Source: Camelus dromedarius
Lineage: Eukaryota
Length of the DNA: 64,000 nt
Direction: 5' to 3'
Assembly: GCF_036321535.1 (NCBI RefSeq)
Contig: NC_087436.1
Span: 59,646,001 to 59,710,000 of the forward strand
In this document: positions 25,880 to 39,314 of the stretch, in pieces
Layout of the letters: every line of letters starts with the position of its first letter
Numbering within the stretch: the first letter of the stretch is position 1
Position numbers and translations under genes: made by a program
The notes under the pieces: model-generated
The model's input: only the letters and a program-made list of their open reading frames with translations
The model's database searches: none
Told to the model about the DNA's origin: nothing

Positions 25880-27237
25880 AAAAAACTCTCCTTGAGTCCA
25901 CTCTCACTCCCTCTTCATCTTTTTACCTTCGAGCTCAGGTTTTACAAAGTATAGTTGACACTTACTCTGTCCCACATTTTCCAGTTGTCCTTTATTAAAA
26001 GTTATCAGAAAATAGTTTAAGCATAAATTAAAAATAGCATGTACTATGAACTAATCATCTTTGTCAGATTTTAGTGTGTTTTCCTGTTTCTTTAGTTTTT
26101 TTTTTTTTTTTCTTTTTAAACCAATACTGTCACAGTCCTCTATACAGCTATCCAACTTACCTCCCTCTCTACCTAGAGTCAGTCAATGTAATTTGATGCT
26201 TTCCAGGAGACAATATAATTTTAGCTCCTGTGTATACGACTACAGACAAGATTCAGATGAATATATTATATGCCCCCCCAAACATGAGTGCTTCTTCTTG
26301 CCCCTAAATGTGCTATTCTTTCATTTTTTTTTGAGACATCACACCTTGCTTGATTTATTTTCTCCAAAGTTATTTGTTGAAAAATTACTACATGTCAAAC
26401 ACTATGCCCTGCAAAATCCTTTTTAATGTTCTTTGCATGGTTTCAGTACCACCTGTGGGTTTACAACTTCCAAGTGCATTGTGCTGACCTCTCCCTAGAG
26501 TTGCAGTCATCTATGTCTATCTGTATTTGGAGATAGCTACCTGGAGGTCTGTTAGATGCTTAAAAATAAACATGATCAATGCATCAGCCTCCTCCATTCT
26601 CTTACTGGCTCTGCCTCCTAATTTCTGACTATCAGAAATGGCTTCACATGTCACCCAGTCACTTTACATATTAGAGGTCACCTTATATTTCTCTCTAACT
26701 TGTCACTAATCTGATGATTTTAACTCATCAACAATTCTTAAATGCATTCCCTACCCTCCAATTGTCCTCTTAAGGCTCTTGCCAAACTTCCTGCATTATT
26801 TCAATCTCTTTGTTTTATTTCACCCTATAGCCTTCAGATATAAGCCACCTGAAAAAAGGAAATGGCTTCAAATAGTCTCCATAGCATGAAGCCAAAGCAC
26901 TTCACTGTGACAGGATGACAGAAGGCTCTCTGCTAACTGGCACCTGCCTCCTTCCCTGCTTCGTCTCTGCCACTCTCCACTCGCACTTCTCTCCATTAAC
27001 ACGAAAGTATTTTTAGTGGCTATTTTAGAACAACGTAGATTTGCTATTCTTTCTGCCTGAAAAAAACCCTCAGACTTTCTTCACTTGTCTTTCATTTATC
27101 CTTCAGAGATCCTTTGTTCTTAGTGTAGGCAGAATTACTATCTTTCCCCATCTTTTAACTCTTTATGCAACTCAAGTACACTATTCCTGGTACACTGTAG
27201 GTATGAAAATTAATATTAGTGAGAACCAGAGTGAATT
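25880..27237 (+). mobile_element. Long decayed L2 LINE segment through to its 3' end
   Basis: ctgacctctccctagagttgcag..., ctacctggaggtctg..., ending cctggtacactgtaggtatgaaaattaatattagtgag. Confidence 0.6.
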
Positions 27238-27444
27238 TAAATGTATTGTCTGTAGTGACCATGCTTATATGGAAATAAAAATTTATGGGGTTTTTTTAAT
27301 AAAAAGTTTGTTATTGATAACATCTCTACTGATATACGGAAACAATTTATAATTGTCTCCAATAAGTTACTTCTGTCATCAATTATACTAATAGATTCAT
27401 TAAAAATTTAACTATCTTTGAATCTTACGTGGTCAGAAAAATAG

Positions 27445-27655
27445 GACAGTATGTTGCTAAGACCATGAGTTCAGGAGTCAGACTTCAGGGTTTAAAATTC
27501 TGACTTTAGTACTTACTACATTTGTGTGATGGGAAAGTTACTTTATCTCTCAAGTCCTCAGTTTTCTCATCAGTTAAATTGGGATGATAACAGAAACTAC
27601 ATTACAGAGTTTTTATAAACAAGAAGTGAGATTATGTAAGCACTTGAAAAACACT
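27445..27655 (+). mobile_element. MIR SINE
   Basis: ggagtcagacttcagggttt...cctcagttttctcatcagttaaattgggatgataacag. Confidence 0.75.
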
Positions 27656-27739
27656 GTATACTACTGTATTATCCTTTTTAATTCATCACTAGTCTTTAAT
27701 ACTTCATTCTACATTTCAAGCTGAACGTTAGTAATGAAT

Positions 27740-28942
27740 AATACCTACAAATCAATCAGTGTGATACCCCATATTAACAAGCAGAATAAGAACCATATCA
27801 TCTCTACAGATGAAGAAAAACTTTTGATAAAATTCAAATCCATTTATGATAAAAACCCTCCAGAAAGTGGGTATAGAGGGAACACACCTCAACATAATAA
27901 TAAAGGCCGTATATGACAAACCCACAGGTAATATCATACTCAATAGTGAAAAGCTGAAAGCATTCCAATATCAAGAACAAGACGAGGGATTAATTTCCAG
28001 AATATACAGTTTATGCAGCTCAATATATATTTTTAAAAAATTGAAAAATGGGCAGAAGACCTAAACAGACATTTCTCTAAAGAAGACACACAGATGGCCA
28101 AGAAGCACATGAAAAAATGCTTAACATCACTAATTATTAGAGAAATACAAATCAAAACTACAATAAGGTATCACCTCACACCCGTCAGAATGGCCATCTT
28201 CAAAAAGTCTGTAAAAAATGCTGGAGAGGGTGTGGAGAAAAAGGAACCCTCTACACTGTTGGTGGGAATGTAAATCGGTACAGCCACAATGGTAAACAGT
28301 ATGGAGGTTTCTTAGAAAACTAAAAATAGAGGTAACATATGATCCAGAAATACCGGTCCTAGGCATATACCCAGAGAAAACTCTTTAATTCGAAAAGATA
28401 CATGCACCCCAGTGTTCAAAGCAGCACTATTTACAATAGCCAAGGGATGGAAACAACCTAAATGTCCATCGACAGATGAACAGATAAAGAAGATGTGGTG
28501 TATATACACACAATGGAACATTACTCAACCATAAAAGAGAATGAAACACTGCCATTTACAGGAACAGAAATGGAACTAGAGAATATTATGCTGAATGAAA
28601 TGTCAGGTAAATACAAATACTGTATGATATCACTTACATATGGAATCTAAAAAAATCAGACAAATGAATGTATATAAAAAACAAACAGACTCACAGATAT
28701 AGGAAAGGAACGTGTGGTTACTAGAGGGGAGAGAGAAGTGGTGAGGGACAAGTTAGGGGTATGGGATTAACAGATACAAACTCTGTAAAACAGATAAGCA
28801 ACACGGACATACTATGCAGCCCAGGTAACTACATCTATTATATTGTAATAACCTATAATAATATAATCTGCAAAAATACTTAATCACTATGCTGTACATC
28901 TGAAACTAACATTGTAAATCAACTATATCTCAATTTAAAAAA
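27740..28942 (+). mobile_element. 5'-truncated L1 (ORF2 RT fragment, ORF2 C-terminus and 3' UTR) with an internal deletion
   Basis: Translates to L1 ORF2 pieces ([51 protein letters not shown]), then jumps to the C-terminal region (GLISRIY...) and 3' UTR ending aatcaactatatctcaatttaaaaaa. Confidence 0.92.
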
Positions 28943-30004
28943 CAGGTAAGAATCTAACAAAGGCAATTAACAAGGGTTTCTGTAGTAAAGATTTCAGAGG
29001 AAACACTGATAAAAATCACGTATGTGATAGTAACTGTAATTTGGTAAATTTGTAGTTTCGATATTTTGTAATTAAGGATTTAATTGTGTGAATTTCTTAC
29101 AGAAGCTGTATATTTTTAATTGCAAAAATGTTAAACCATTTATTCATTTTTGGAAGTAGAAATTGCCATTAAACTATAAATATCAAAAAATTAGCTTAGT
29201 TTGTGCCAACAGTTCTATTTTGAAAATAAAACAGTAACAAATTTAGTGAATTAAACAATTGCTCCCTCACACATTTAAAGCATTGCAGAAACAATGTATC
29301 AACTCACAATAAGGTATAAAATGTCTACATCTAAGTAAAAACAATTAAAATATGTCATTATTTCATTTAAAGTATCTTTGTAATATTTATTCCCAAAGCC
29401 ACATTTGAACCATACAAAATGGAATAAATTTGTTACCACCTTGTTTTAAGGAGTTTCAGGAAGCAAATTACGGCTGTTGGTATCAAGGTCTCTCATCAGC
29501 AGCCCTTGTTAGAAGCCTTCTTCACTAACAGTTCGCAAAGGTTTCAACGGTGTTATCAGTGTCTTTTGTTGCATATTTAAGACCAGATCCGATCTCAATG
29601 TTGGGCGATACAGTCATCTCGAAGTTCCCTGCCCACTGCCAGAACTCCCTCAACCATCAGTTTTTCCAGCTTTGAAGTTCCCACACTAGTCATTTTATTT
29701 GAACAATGAAGAGTTCATTAAAATAAAAAATACAAGAAAATATTTTAATTCTTTCAAACTGGGAAACTCAAACACCTAGGAATTTGCACTGTTATGCCCA
29801 TGAAGGATTTTAGGCAGTGACTCTGTGCCGGGATACATGCTCAAACACACTGAATGTCCACGATGAAGAAAGTGTTACAGAGAAAGTAAAACCTGTGGAG
29901 GTAATGCCATTGAGGATTCATGGGAGAAGAATCCTTGTTTCGAAAGCATCATTTTGGGCTACATTTGGAAGAAAATGAAAGGGTCATTTGAGTTTGAAGA
30001 AAAT

Positions 30005-30215
30005 ACCAACACTAGGTAAACCTATATGGTATTCTAAATGCCTCACAACTCCTAATTTACTTAATTCCCACAACAATTAAGTATCATTCTAAGTCTCACA
30101 TTAGAAATTTCAGGTACAGAAGACTTTACTATCTTATTCAAGGTCACAGAACTAATAAGTGACACCGATGAGGTTGAACCCAGAACATCCATCTCCAGAG
30201 TATATATGCCTCTCT
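30005..30215 (-). mobile_element. MIR SINE
   Basis: ttaattcccacaacaa...ttattcaaggtcacagaactaataagtgaca...gttgaacccagaa. Confidence 0.65.
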
Positions 30216-30759
30216 GTTGAGGAAAGAGTAGTATCTTGAGAGAGCCCTTAATATGTGTAAGGCCATGGGGCTAAAAGGGACCTCAAAATGTAAATGCAAA
30301 GTCAGGGGTCATGACCACATCTGGGTTTCTCTACTATCCATGTCATACTCTTTTCAATTGATTACATTTTCTTCCAGGTAACACAAAAGGTGAGATGAGG
30401 AGATGTAGATTACTGCTACTGCTGAAATCAACTGCAGAAATATCTATCCACAGAAGAGTTTGGAGAAGATAAGAGATTAGGAGCAGAAAACATGCCCTGA
30501 TCTCTTTAAGATAATGAAGAATGCAGTGAGCAACTGGAAATTTGTAGTTCCCAGCTCTGATTATATCAGTAACTTAAAGCAGAAAAAGCTTTTCATTTAT
30601 ATGTCATGAAGCATCTATGTATGGTCAACCAGAAATAGGTTTGTGATCCTAGAAATACAGATCTATTTTGTTTGGCAAACACAACCTCTGTAAAACTCAG
30701 CTTCCTCCATCATAAAAAGATATGTATTGGATTAGAATGATGATACAACTAGGCCCAGT

Positions 30760-31160
30760 AGACATTAATGAGGTACATAGAGAAACAGAGGGCTGAAGAA
30801 ATGAATAGCATATGAACCAAAGGAGCTTATACTCTGGCTGGTAAAACAACTAATATAAGACAAAAGGAATTCCATGAGTCAAACTCTATAATAAAGTTTT
30901 GTGGATACAACAATTAAGGAAGAGTTCATTTTGATTGAAAGGATTTAGGGTAACTCTAGGAGGAGATAGCAATGGAATGTTGAATGGAAGTAGAGTATTT
31001 AAAATACCGTCTAACACATACAGAGAGGCTAGACCAGAGTGTGTAATTCAGTATAGTTTAGTGATATATGGATGAGATCGGACTGGGCTCTAAATGTCAC
31101 ACTAGGGGAGTTATACATTAGGGACAATTCATGTTTCTGAACTGAGAGATGATTAGACGA
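30760..31160 (-). mobile_element. Decayed L2 fragment
   Basis: aaggagcttatactctggctgg..., purine-rich reverse-L2 pattern. Confidence 0.4.
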
Positions 31161-34149
31161 TGCTGAGAATAAACTCTTAGATATCTTTTGGTTCTCATTC
31201 AGCTTTAAAATTCTACAATTTTATGACTAAAAGAAGTAATTCAGATTTCAATGTCTTGAAATAACACAGTGTTAACCTATTGCACTAATTTTTTCCATGT
31301 TTGTTTTGTTGCCAACACACAATTTGGGAGACTTAATTTTCTGGTAAGGATGGGATTCTTTTAGCTTGTAAGTTGCTTTGACAAAAATATTTAGGGCTAA
31401 CTGCTATGAACTAGACAAACACCCTTGGAGTTTCAACAGTTTTAAAATTGAGTTTATGTTGCTGTAGTCAATGATAATCTAAGTGGTATTATTATCAATC
31501 CTCTTAGCTAAAAGTGTTTGGAGTACAAATAGAACAAGTGAAGGGGCAGCTTTTCTAGTCTTTTAATTGACAGGGGTTGGAGGGGAGATTTCCTAGGTAG
31601 GTGAGAATAAGGCCAACCATTTTGGTCTTTCTTTTCTACTAAACACCTTCCCTTTGCAGATTTAATGAAGTTTTAAGTTTGAAAAGAAACAGGCAAGGCT
31701 ATCACAATAGAAGTAGTAAACAACACTCTCAAAGCACAATATTGATGATTTTTTAAATGTGCTATTGTAAACACTGTCATGAGATTAAGAATTTATAGCA
31801 TTGCTTTCCATAAGTGAAACACCACTGCAATAGTCTACTGTTTTATTTTATTTTGTTTAGTCACATTCCACTAAACTGTATTCTGCAGGATGCTTTTTAA
31901 TATGCCCAAAGAAAATTTGCAAATGACTAGGCTTCATGTGCAATGACCTTCGCTCTTCTTTTGAATCTTCAGTGTGGCTCACTTTAATCAAGCTGTTGAA
32001 ACATTTGTGGTATAATGCATCAAATTAAAGCAACCAGCTGTGATGTTTAATTTAAGCAAAAAGTTTATGATCTACAACTACATAATACCTTAGGGAATAA
32101 CTGATATTGGATGTAACTGCACTACAGTGACATGCAAGATGTGTTACAAAATGCCTATAAAATGTCACATATTTTATCGTATTAAACCATTTGGACTTCA
32201 GATTTAAAAGCAGGACCATCATTTATCCAAAAATGTATATCAGAGGATAAATGAATGGACTTCTTCCTCATTCTCTAAATATAGATGAGATGTGAAGTAA
32301 TTTATTCTCATGTGTCAGAAGAGAGGTTCTTTGCTTTATCCACTATTGTTTATAATGAAGTTCCTCCATTATTTACAGACATTCTAGAATTTGGGAATGT
32401 CATTAACCATGAAGCTCAACTGTTTATCAAGTTTCTCATTGTATGAAACTGAAGGTATTTAATAACCACCAAAACAAAGGATATTCATTTATCATGGCGT
32501 CTTTTGTTAGATAGTCACACAATTGTTCAAGTGGCCCAACTCACAAAGACTGCCCCATGCCATAGATCATTAGAGAACAAGATCTTGAAAGACACTATAC
32601 AGACAGAATTTATACATATATCTTTTTTTTTTTTAAGCTGGGCATTGGGTGTTCTAAGTGGCTAAATACGATGAGCAAAGGGGAAAAAAAAAACAGGTAA
32701 GTTATTTCCTTTAAAGAGTATCAACCAATGAAGCAGAAGTCAGCTATAAGCATTTGTTGATTTTTATGGCATTTTTAGGTAACTTTCTTCAGTACCTATG
32801 CATATCATTAAGTGACTTTCTCAAGTTCTCTGGGGGAGGGGAAACAGTAGCAGTTGGTTAGATCCAAATCATTTGATGATCTGGCCAAATGCCCCTTCTA
32901 CAAGACTAGTATCAAAATAGAAACCCATGGCAAGATTTCTTTGTAGAAAGAAAACCTTCCTCTAAGGTCAAAAGACAGAATATTTTTTACAAGAATAAGG
33001 GAAAAAAGAACATTTTAAATAAGTTTAGAGGTTTGCCACATAGTCCCTAGCTTTATATGCTTATTTTTAAAACTTCAAATACAACCCTTGAATGATTTGT
33101 ATTTGGAGATAAAGGATTTATGTAATCATATCATAAGAAAATTTTTGTAACTTTTAAAATATTCCCTAAAGCTGTTCTTAGAGATAACTGGAAGTGTAAG
33201 TGGGAAAAATGCTTCCGCAGCAATTTTAGGGAGGAGGAAATAGCACTGAATACCTCTGACTAGGTACATAGTTAACTTTTCAGTTGAAGATAGCAAGAAA
33301 GCCACACATGAAGAAATCATTCACTTTTCACTACACCAGCATTCTCTTTCACCTTGAGAGCAGACTTAAGAAGGAAAGGTTGAAAATGAAATAACAACTA
33401 TACTTAGTAGCATAGTGTTAATGTGTAATTATTTGCTTACATTTTTGAAAATAGAATTAAAATAAAGCCAGTTATTAAATAATGTATCTTGTTTAAATCT
33501 GAAAAGTGGGAATAGCCCATTGAGATTCTGAAGGCCATCTGTCATGATTAGGGGCAGACAGAATAAGAGATCCAGTATGTTAAGTTCAAGGCACTCCAAT
33601 TTTTAGCTTAATATTTTCTATTTGACCCCAAATGTTTGCTCTAAAAGTTCCATTGCCATTTTTTTTCTTTTCCAAAAATGTGCTTGTATGTCTACATTTC
33701 AGCAGGTAATGCTCATTTCACCTAGACAGTCTTAGTACCTAATGTTATCTGTGCATATTCAACATGATTATAGGTCAAAAGGTATAATGAATCATGCAAG
33801 GTCTAATAAAGTTAAAAAATAATAATCTATCAAAGCATCAGAATATTAGTTTTTTCGCCATTAGAGATCTGCATGAGATATTAAGGATAAATATCATTTT
33901 AAAAGTTTTGGTTTGGTATTAACAAGAATCTGAACACTAAAAATGAAAATCAGAAAAATCAATTGGAAGAACTTTTAAGGAATTCTGAGTCCTAATTGGA
34001 GATTTTGGAAATCACAACAAATACTTAACAATAGATACCTTGTTCTAGTATTTGTCAAAATTTAACATTACTAATTATATTGCATTGAAGAACTACAGAA
34101 AGGATCTAGCTATGAAGAAGTTGATAATCAAGAGCTTTATTTGCAGTTT

Positions 34150-34330
34150 GAATTCAGAAATTATTGAACATCTATCTATTATGTGCAGAGGATTTATTTA
34201 AGTCTCATGGAAAAGACAAAAGCATAAATTATATAGTTTTATTTCAAAGGTGTGCAATCTAGTTACAGAGGTAAAAACAAATACAGTAATGATTAGTATA
34301 ATAACACAACCATAAAATTACTCGCCAAAT
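34150..34330 (-). mobile_element. L2 3' end fragment
   Basis: attcagaaattattgaacatctatctattatgtgcagagg. Confidence 0.45.
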
Positions 34331-37300
34331 CACAGAAGACAAAGACCAATGAATGCTGCAATAATCACTTAAGGTTTTATAGAAATAAGATTATACTAAT
34401 CAAACTTTTCATCCAATACAACATGAAACCATAGAAATATATCTAAAATAGTAATTTGATTCATTTTCCTAACAAAGAAAATTATCAGTGTTCGAGTCTA
34501 TTTGAAAGTAAACATACATACTACATTGTTAAAATTTCAGCCATTTCCAAATGAAGCAATCTGCTTAGTTAAGCACCTTCACCCACCAGCTAATACTGAC
34601 ATGAAAATGTCAATGTAAAAATCTGCTTAAGTCTTAACTTTCTCTTTACTCTTAATTCACCATATTAAGTTTTTTGTCTTTATTTGTTCATTAAAACTCA
34701 AAATACACACTTTACTTTCCAACAAAAATAAAAAAATTATTTCAACACTATTAGGTAGGCTGTTGAGCCAGCCAAAAATGCCTCGAGTTTAGAAAAGGCT
34801 ATAGAATACAATAAAAATAATAAATGAATTAATAAAGATATCTAAAAATTAGATCTATCTAAAATTAAATATAAACATTAAAAATGTGAAGCAATTAAAA
34901 ATGATGTATGAAAATTCAAAATACAAATACAAATTATGTATTTCTTTAGCTTTCAAAAATTAAGAAAATTAACTTTGATTAGGCATTTGGAATATAAATT
35001 TTTTTACATTCCTACAAGTTATAATAAGAAAATCCATACTTAAGTTTATTAAATCAAGTTTTTATAAATGTTGCAAAGATGACTAGCTGTATACTTAATT
35101 CAGCTTGTTCTTTACTGTGGGGTTGTTGCATGGGGGTGTGTAATGTTACTAAGGTATTCTTAAGTTTGGTTACAAATTGCCTGTGAAGTCTCTCACATAT
35201 TGACAATAGGAAGCCATCCAAAGTATTCTGGATGGGGTAGAGCATACTGAATAGAATATAGTGTGTAAATGGAAGAAACCCAGTTAACTGAGTGTTACAG
35301 GTGAGAAAAGAGGGGGAAATGAGAGTGGTGTTCATCCTATATAATCTCTGATTGGCGACATGGCATCTTAAGAAACTGAATGTTCATACCCTTTCTACCT
35401 ATTAGAAAACTTATGTTGTAGATTAAAAAGAAGTTTTAGGCAACAAGTATAAATTTGATGGATTATCTTAAGAAAAATAAAAGATATCTGAAAAGGTGGG
35501 AGAGGATCAATAATCTGATTCCAAACTGTGGGTACAGATTTTGGCTCATGCCTGTATGAACCATCTTACTGCTCTTTTATGTTAACCTGGTCATATGCAG
35601 ACACCCTATTCTGGAAAGGGAATACAAAGACTTTTTGTAAAATAAGATTAATGCCTCTTTGCCTTTGTAATTTGCTTCATTGCTTCAACTACTAACTCAT
35701 TTATAACACGCTCAAATATTTTCTCAAAGCAAATTAGTCACATTAGTAAATGATTTCTAATTATCCATAGTTTTAGAAGGTTAGTAGTACTAGCCACATT
35801 GGCAAGGAGAAGAGGCAAGGGAGGGCTTAAGGACAAGGACTGGGGAAGTAAGAAGGTAACTGCGGTATATGGAGGGGAAATGAGGACATACAGAAAAATA
35901 AGATAAAGTTGCATTGTTGTTGTTTAACTGCCTCCTCAAAGTTTAATAAAATGCATGACTTATAGTGTCTTTCGTACTCAAATGATGATAACTGTGTACA
36001 GAGACAAAACATAAGAAGAGGTAGGTATGAAGCTAGAGAGAGAATCTGAATCACTCTACCACTGATGCACCAGATGCCACCTAGACAGACACTGACAGTA
36101 AATTGCCGACAAAGGTATCAGATTCATCAGTGTTAAGGTAGACATTTTAAAATCTCAGATGTGTGGTGTTTGTTCAGCTTCTGGAGTCACATGACTTCCT
36201 AACTTCTAATTAGTATGAATTAATGTTCAGTCTGAGGTGAAATTATCTTTTCACTGCTCAAAAGGTCAGCTCTCACTAAATTAAACTACGTCAAATTGAA
36301 ATGAAATAACCTTAAAAGAAATTCTAGAGGCTTTTTGATATATTATCTTCCTTATTCTCTATCCTTAATCATAACTATAGCAAAGGCATTTGATTTTTGA
36401 GTGAGCAACAGAACACAAATTCTGCCTATTCCTGCCAGTATACCTCTATGTCCTTGGGCAACTAACCTGTCTGTATTTCAACTGCCGGGTCAATAACATA
36501 GCATCTATTTTACAAGATTTCACAAAGCAAAGGATATATTGGATTCATCAAAATGAGAAATTGTTGCTTAGAGTAAAAATAAAACAATAAAACCTAGGGT
36601 CTTAAAACTTCAAAATGTTTTGTGACATATGGAAAAATGTTCACTATTAATATTTAATAGCCAAAATCTTTTGAGCATACTTAACTCAGGTCATAGAAAT
36701 GTGTCATTAATTATGTCTTTCGTAACACAGTCTATGTGAAGATATCAGTGCTATTTGTAGCCTCCCAAGAGTGTAAGACATGCCCTGAACAGGTATCCCA
36801 CCTGACCTGCCAAATAAAAGGTCCAAACATTTATCGGGCCAGATATTGCGCCTTGCTCCCGGGAAGAGAAATGATCAGGAAAGAAACACCACTGCTCTCA
36901 CAGATTTCCAGGGAGTGTTTATCTATAGGTCTGTGTTCACCTGGAAGCCAAATCAAATTTTTCTTTTTCTGATAAAAATTACACAATCAAACAATCTGTT
37001 TATCACAGAGGCATAAAGAACACAAGCAGAAAGCTGTCAGCTAACAAATAGAAAGGCAGCATGAAGCAGGCACACTGAAATCAAGGCAAAGGAGGACTTA
37101 CGTCAAGTAAACAAGTTTGTGGAAAAATGGGAGGAAGCAAGCCTGTGAAAACATTAGTGGGGTGAACTATAGGCAAGTTCACAAGTAGAAAATGAAGACT
37201 AAGAGCCCTGACACAAGAAAGTGCTATTCCAGCACAGATCATAGTGGGAGAGAAAAATTCACTAGAAGGCAAAAAGCGGAGGTGAACCAAACAGGAAGAA

Positions 37301-38959
37301 GTCTGGTTTCTCTTCGTCACTGAATTGCAAAAAGAACATTTATCGTTGCTTTAATGATAAAGGACTGTCACGTGGAACTACAGTTCTGCTACCCAGAGTA
37401 AGCAAGTAAATATGCATCAAGTTTCAGGAAATGAAGATTTAAATAGTAGCTTTTCTCCCCTTCCTCCCTCCCTTCTTTATCATTTCATTCTTTTTTTCTG
37501 ATTGGGTATGTTATAACCTTCAAGCATAGATTATTTGGTATAGTCACAATAGCTAACAATTAACAAATTACAATTCTACTAAATATTCTAAAATGACTAA
37601 GTAAAGAACTTAGTTTGCTGTGAAAAAAGATGCAGAGAAAAATGAAGGATAAGAGAAGGAAAAAGGGTGTATAATAGGAATATGTATGATCATATGTATT
37701 CTTATATTAGCAGTCACTGAGATGTGATAAGGACAAACATCATTTGATTAAAAAAATTGCTACTGAGTCAGTGAAGCAGAAGAAAATGATTCCTCTGAAT
37801 ATATGTTTAAACATTTCAGGAACTCACTATTTATACTTCACAAGAATAAAATGTTAATAAAATAATTTCCTAAGGTAAACTGAGTAAGGGAAAGTTTTAT
37901 AACCAGGTAATCCCTAAAAGGCAAAAATATTGCAGCATTCTAGTAGTAAGGGTTGGGAAGTACTATGTCAAGTTTCTCTCTTCTAAATCTAGAGTATAAT
38001 AATAAGTGAGAGACAACATATTGATGTGGTGAATAGTGACTCCCATTTCAAACCAGGCCAATCTGTTGAGAGAGAACATTAACATGTTGAATGCTAATTG
38101 TGTTTTCTTGGAATCTAGCTACATGACAGAATTAAGGTTCATCTCTATCCTTTAACTTTAGTTATGAAACAACAGCTTTTGTGTCTTCATGTAACACTGT
38201 CAGATTTCCACCTTAAGGGTAGGATGAGATGGGGGAAAACCTAGATGCTTGATGGTAAGGGATGTTTCATGCTTGGTAGAACCAGCTAATAACACTGTAT
38301 TGTGACATTCTGTTACCTTAAAAGTTTTAGAATTAGATTTAAAATCACATAAGGCATGAGAAGGAGCATCAAAAATCAAGGCCACCATTAGATATCAGTT
38401 GTCATTCCTAAGAAGAAACAAGTTCTGATTTATTTGGTAAACATCCAAAATGCTTTACTGAAATGCTTCATTAGAGAGTAATTGACTTACATTTGAGAAG
38501 AGGGACCATATGGTATGCTGTTTTTAACTTACATAATTATTTATTAGTCTGGAGGACATAGCAGCAGCCAAGACAGTTTTTAAGTACATATGGTAACACA
38601 GTCTAACTGATAGCATGTATTTTTATTCCGAGAACCTCTTTAGTCTCTCTTAATAGCTAAATTCTGCTTCACAAAAATAAGGCAATATGCTCAGAAAGGT
38701 GTCAAATAATTGCTCAATAAATTAATTGTATTTTAATTATTTTTACTTGTTAGAGTCTCAACAACCTGTTCCCCGTCTATTCTTTACCAAGTCGTCATTC
38801 GTGACCATGAGTCTCCTAGCATCCCACTCTTCTCACCCCCCACCAATACCACTGCTGCACCAGCACTATTCTAACAGAAAAAGAGAACAGTTGGATTGCT
38901 TTATTAGGAGAGCTGTGGTTTTCACCATGGCTTTAAATTTAATATTGCATAGCTGAATG

Positions 38960-39080
38960 ATTTATAATCTGTTTCCTGATTGGTAAAAATTAAGGAATGA
39001 TAGCTATGTGTCCTATCTCACACATTTTGTGAGGGTCAAATGAAACAAGGTATTCACAAGGTGCATCAAAAGCTAAATTA
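38960..39080 (+). mobile_element. MIR fragment
   Basis: tctgtttcctgattggtaaaaat...cctatctcacacattttgtgagggtcaaatga. Confidence 0.55.
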
Positions 39081-39314
39081 TTCAAATTTAAATTATTGGA
39101 AATTACAAATTAATCAAATTATGATACTTTAAAAAATGTTTTATGTTTTCACTGACACTTGCTTAATTAAATGGTTAATTGTTTGTACCTTCTGCCTTCA
39201 AACAACAGATGCTAACTCATTAAGTACTAACAACCTATTCTACAATGGTATGTTTTTTTTAAAATATGAAAACTCCAAAGCCTCTTAAGTATACTTACAA
39301 CATTATTTTAAAAG

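Noticed and set aside
27734..28521. ORFs with clear protein similarity
   Set aside because: These are frameshifted L1 ORF2 fragments or their antisense frames, not host genes.
29535..29657. Minus-strand open frame WLREFWQWAGNFEMTVSPNIEIGSGLKYATKDTDNTVETFANC as a retrocopy or viral insert
   Set aside because: It is short, has no family resemblance I can recognise and has no poly-A/TSD signature. The region is kept only as an alternative-exon or conserved-element candidate.
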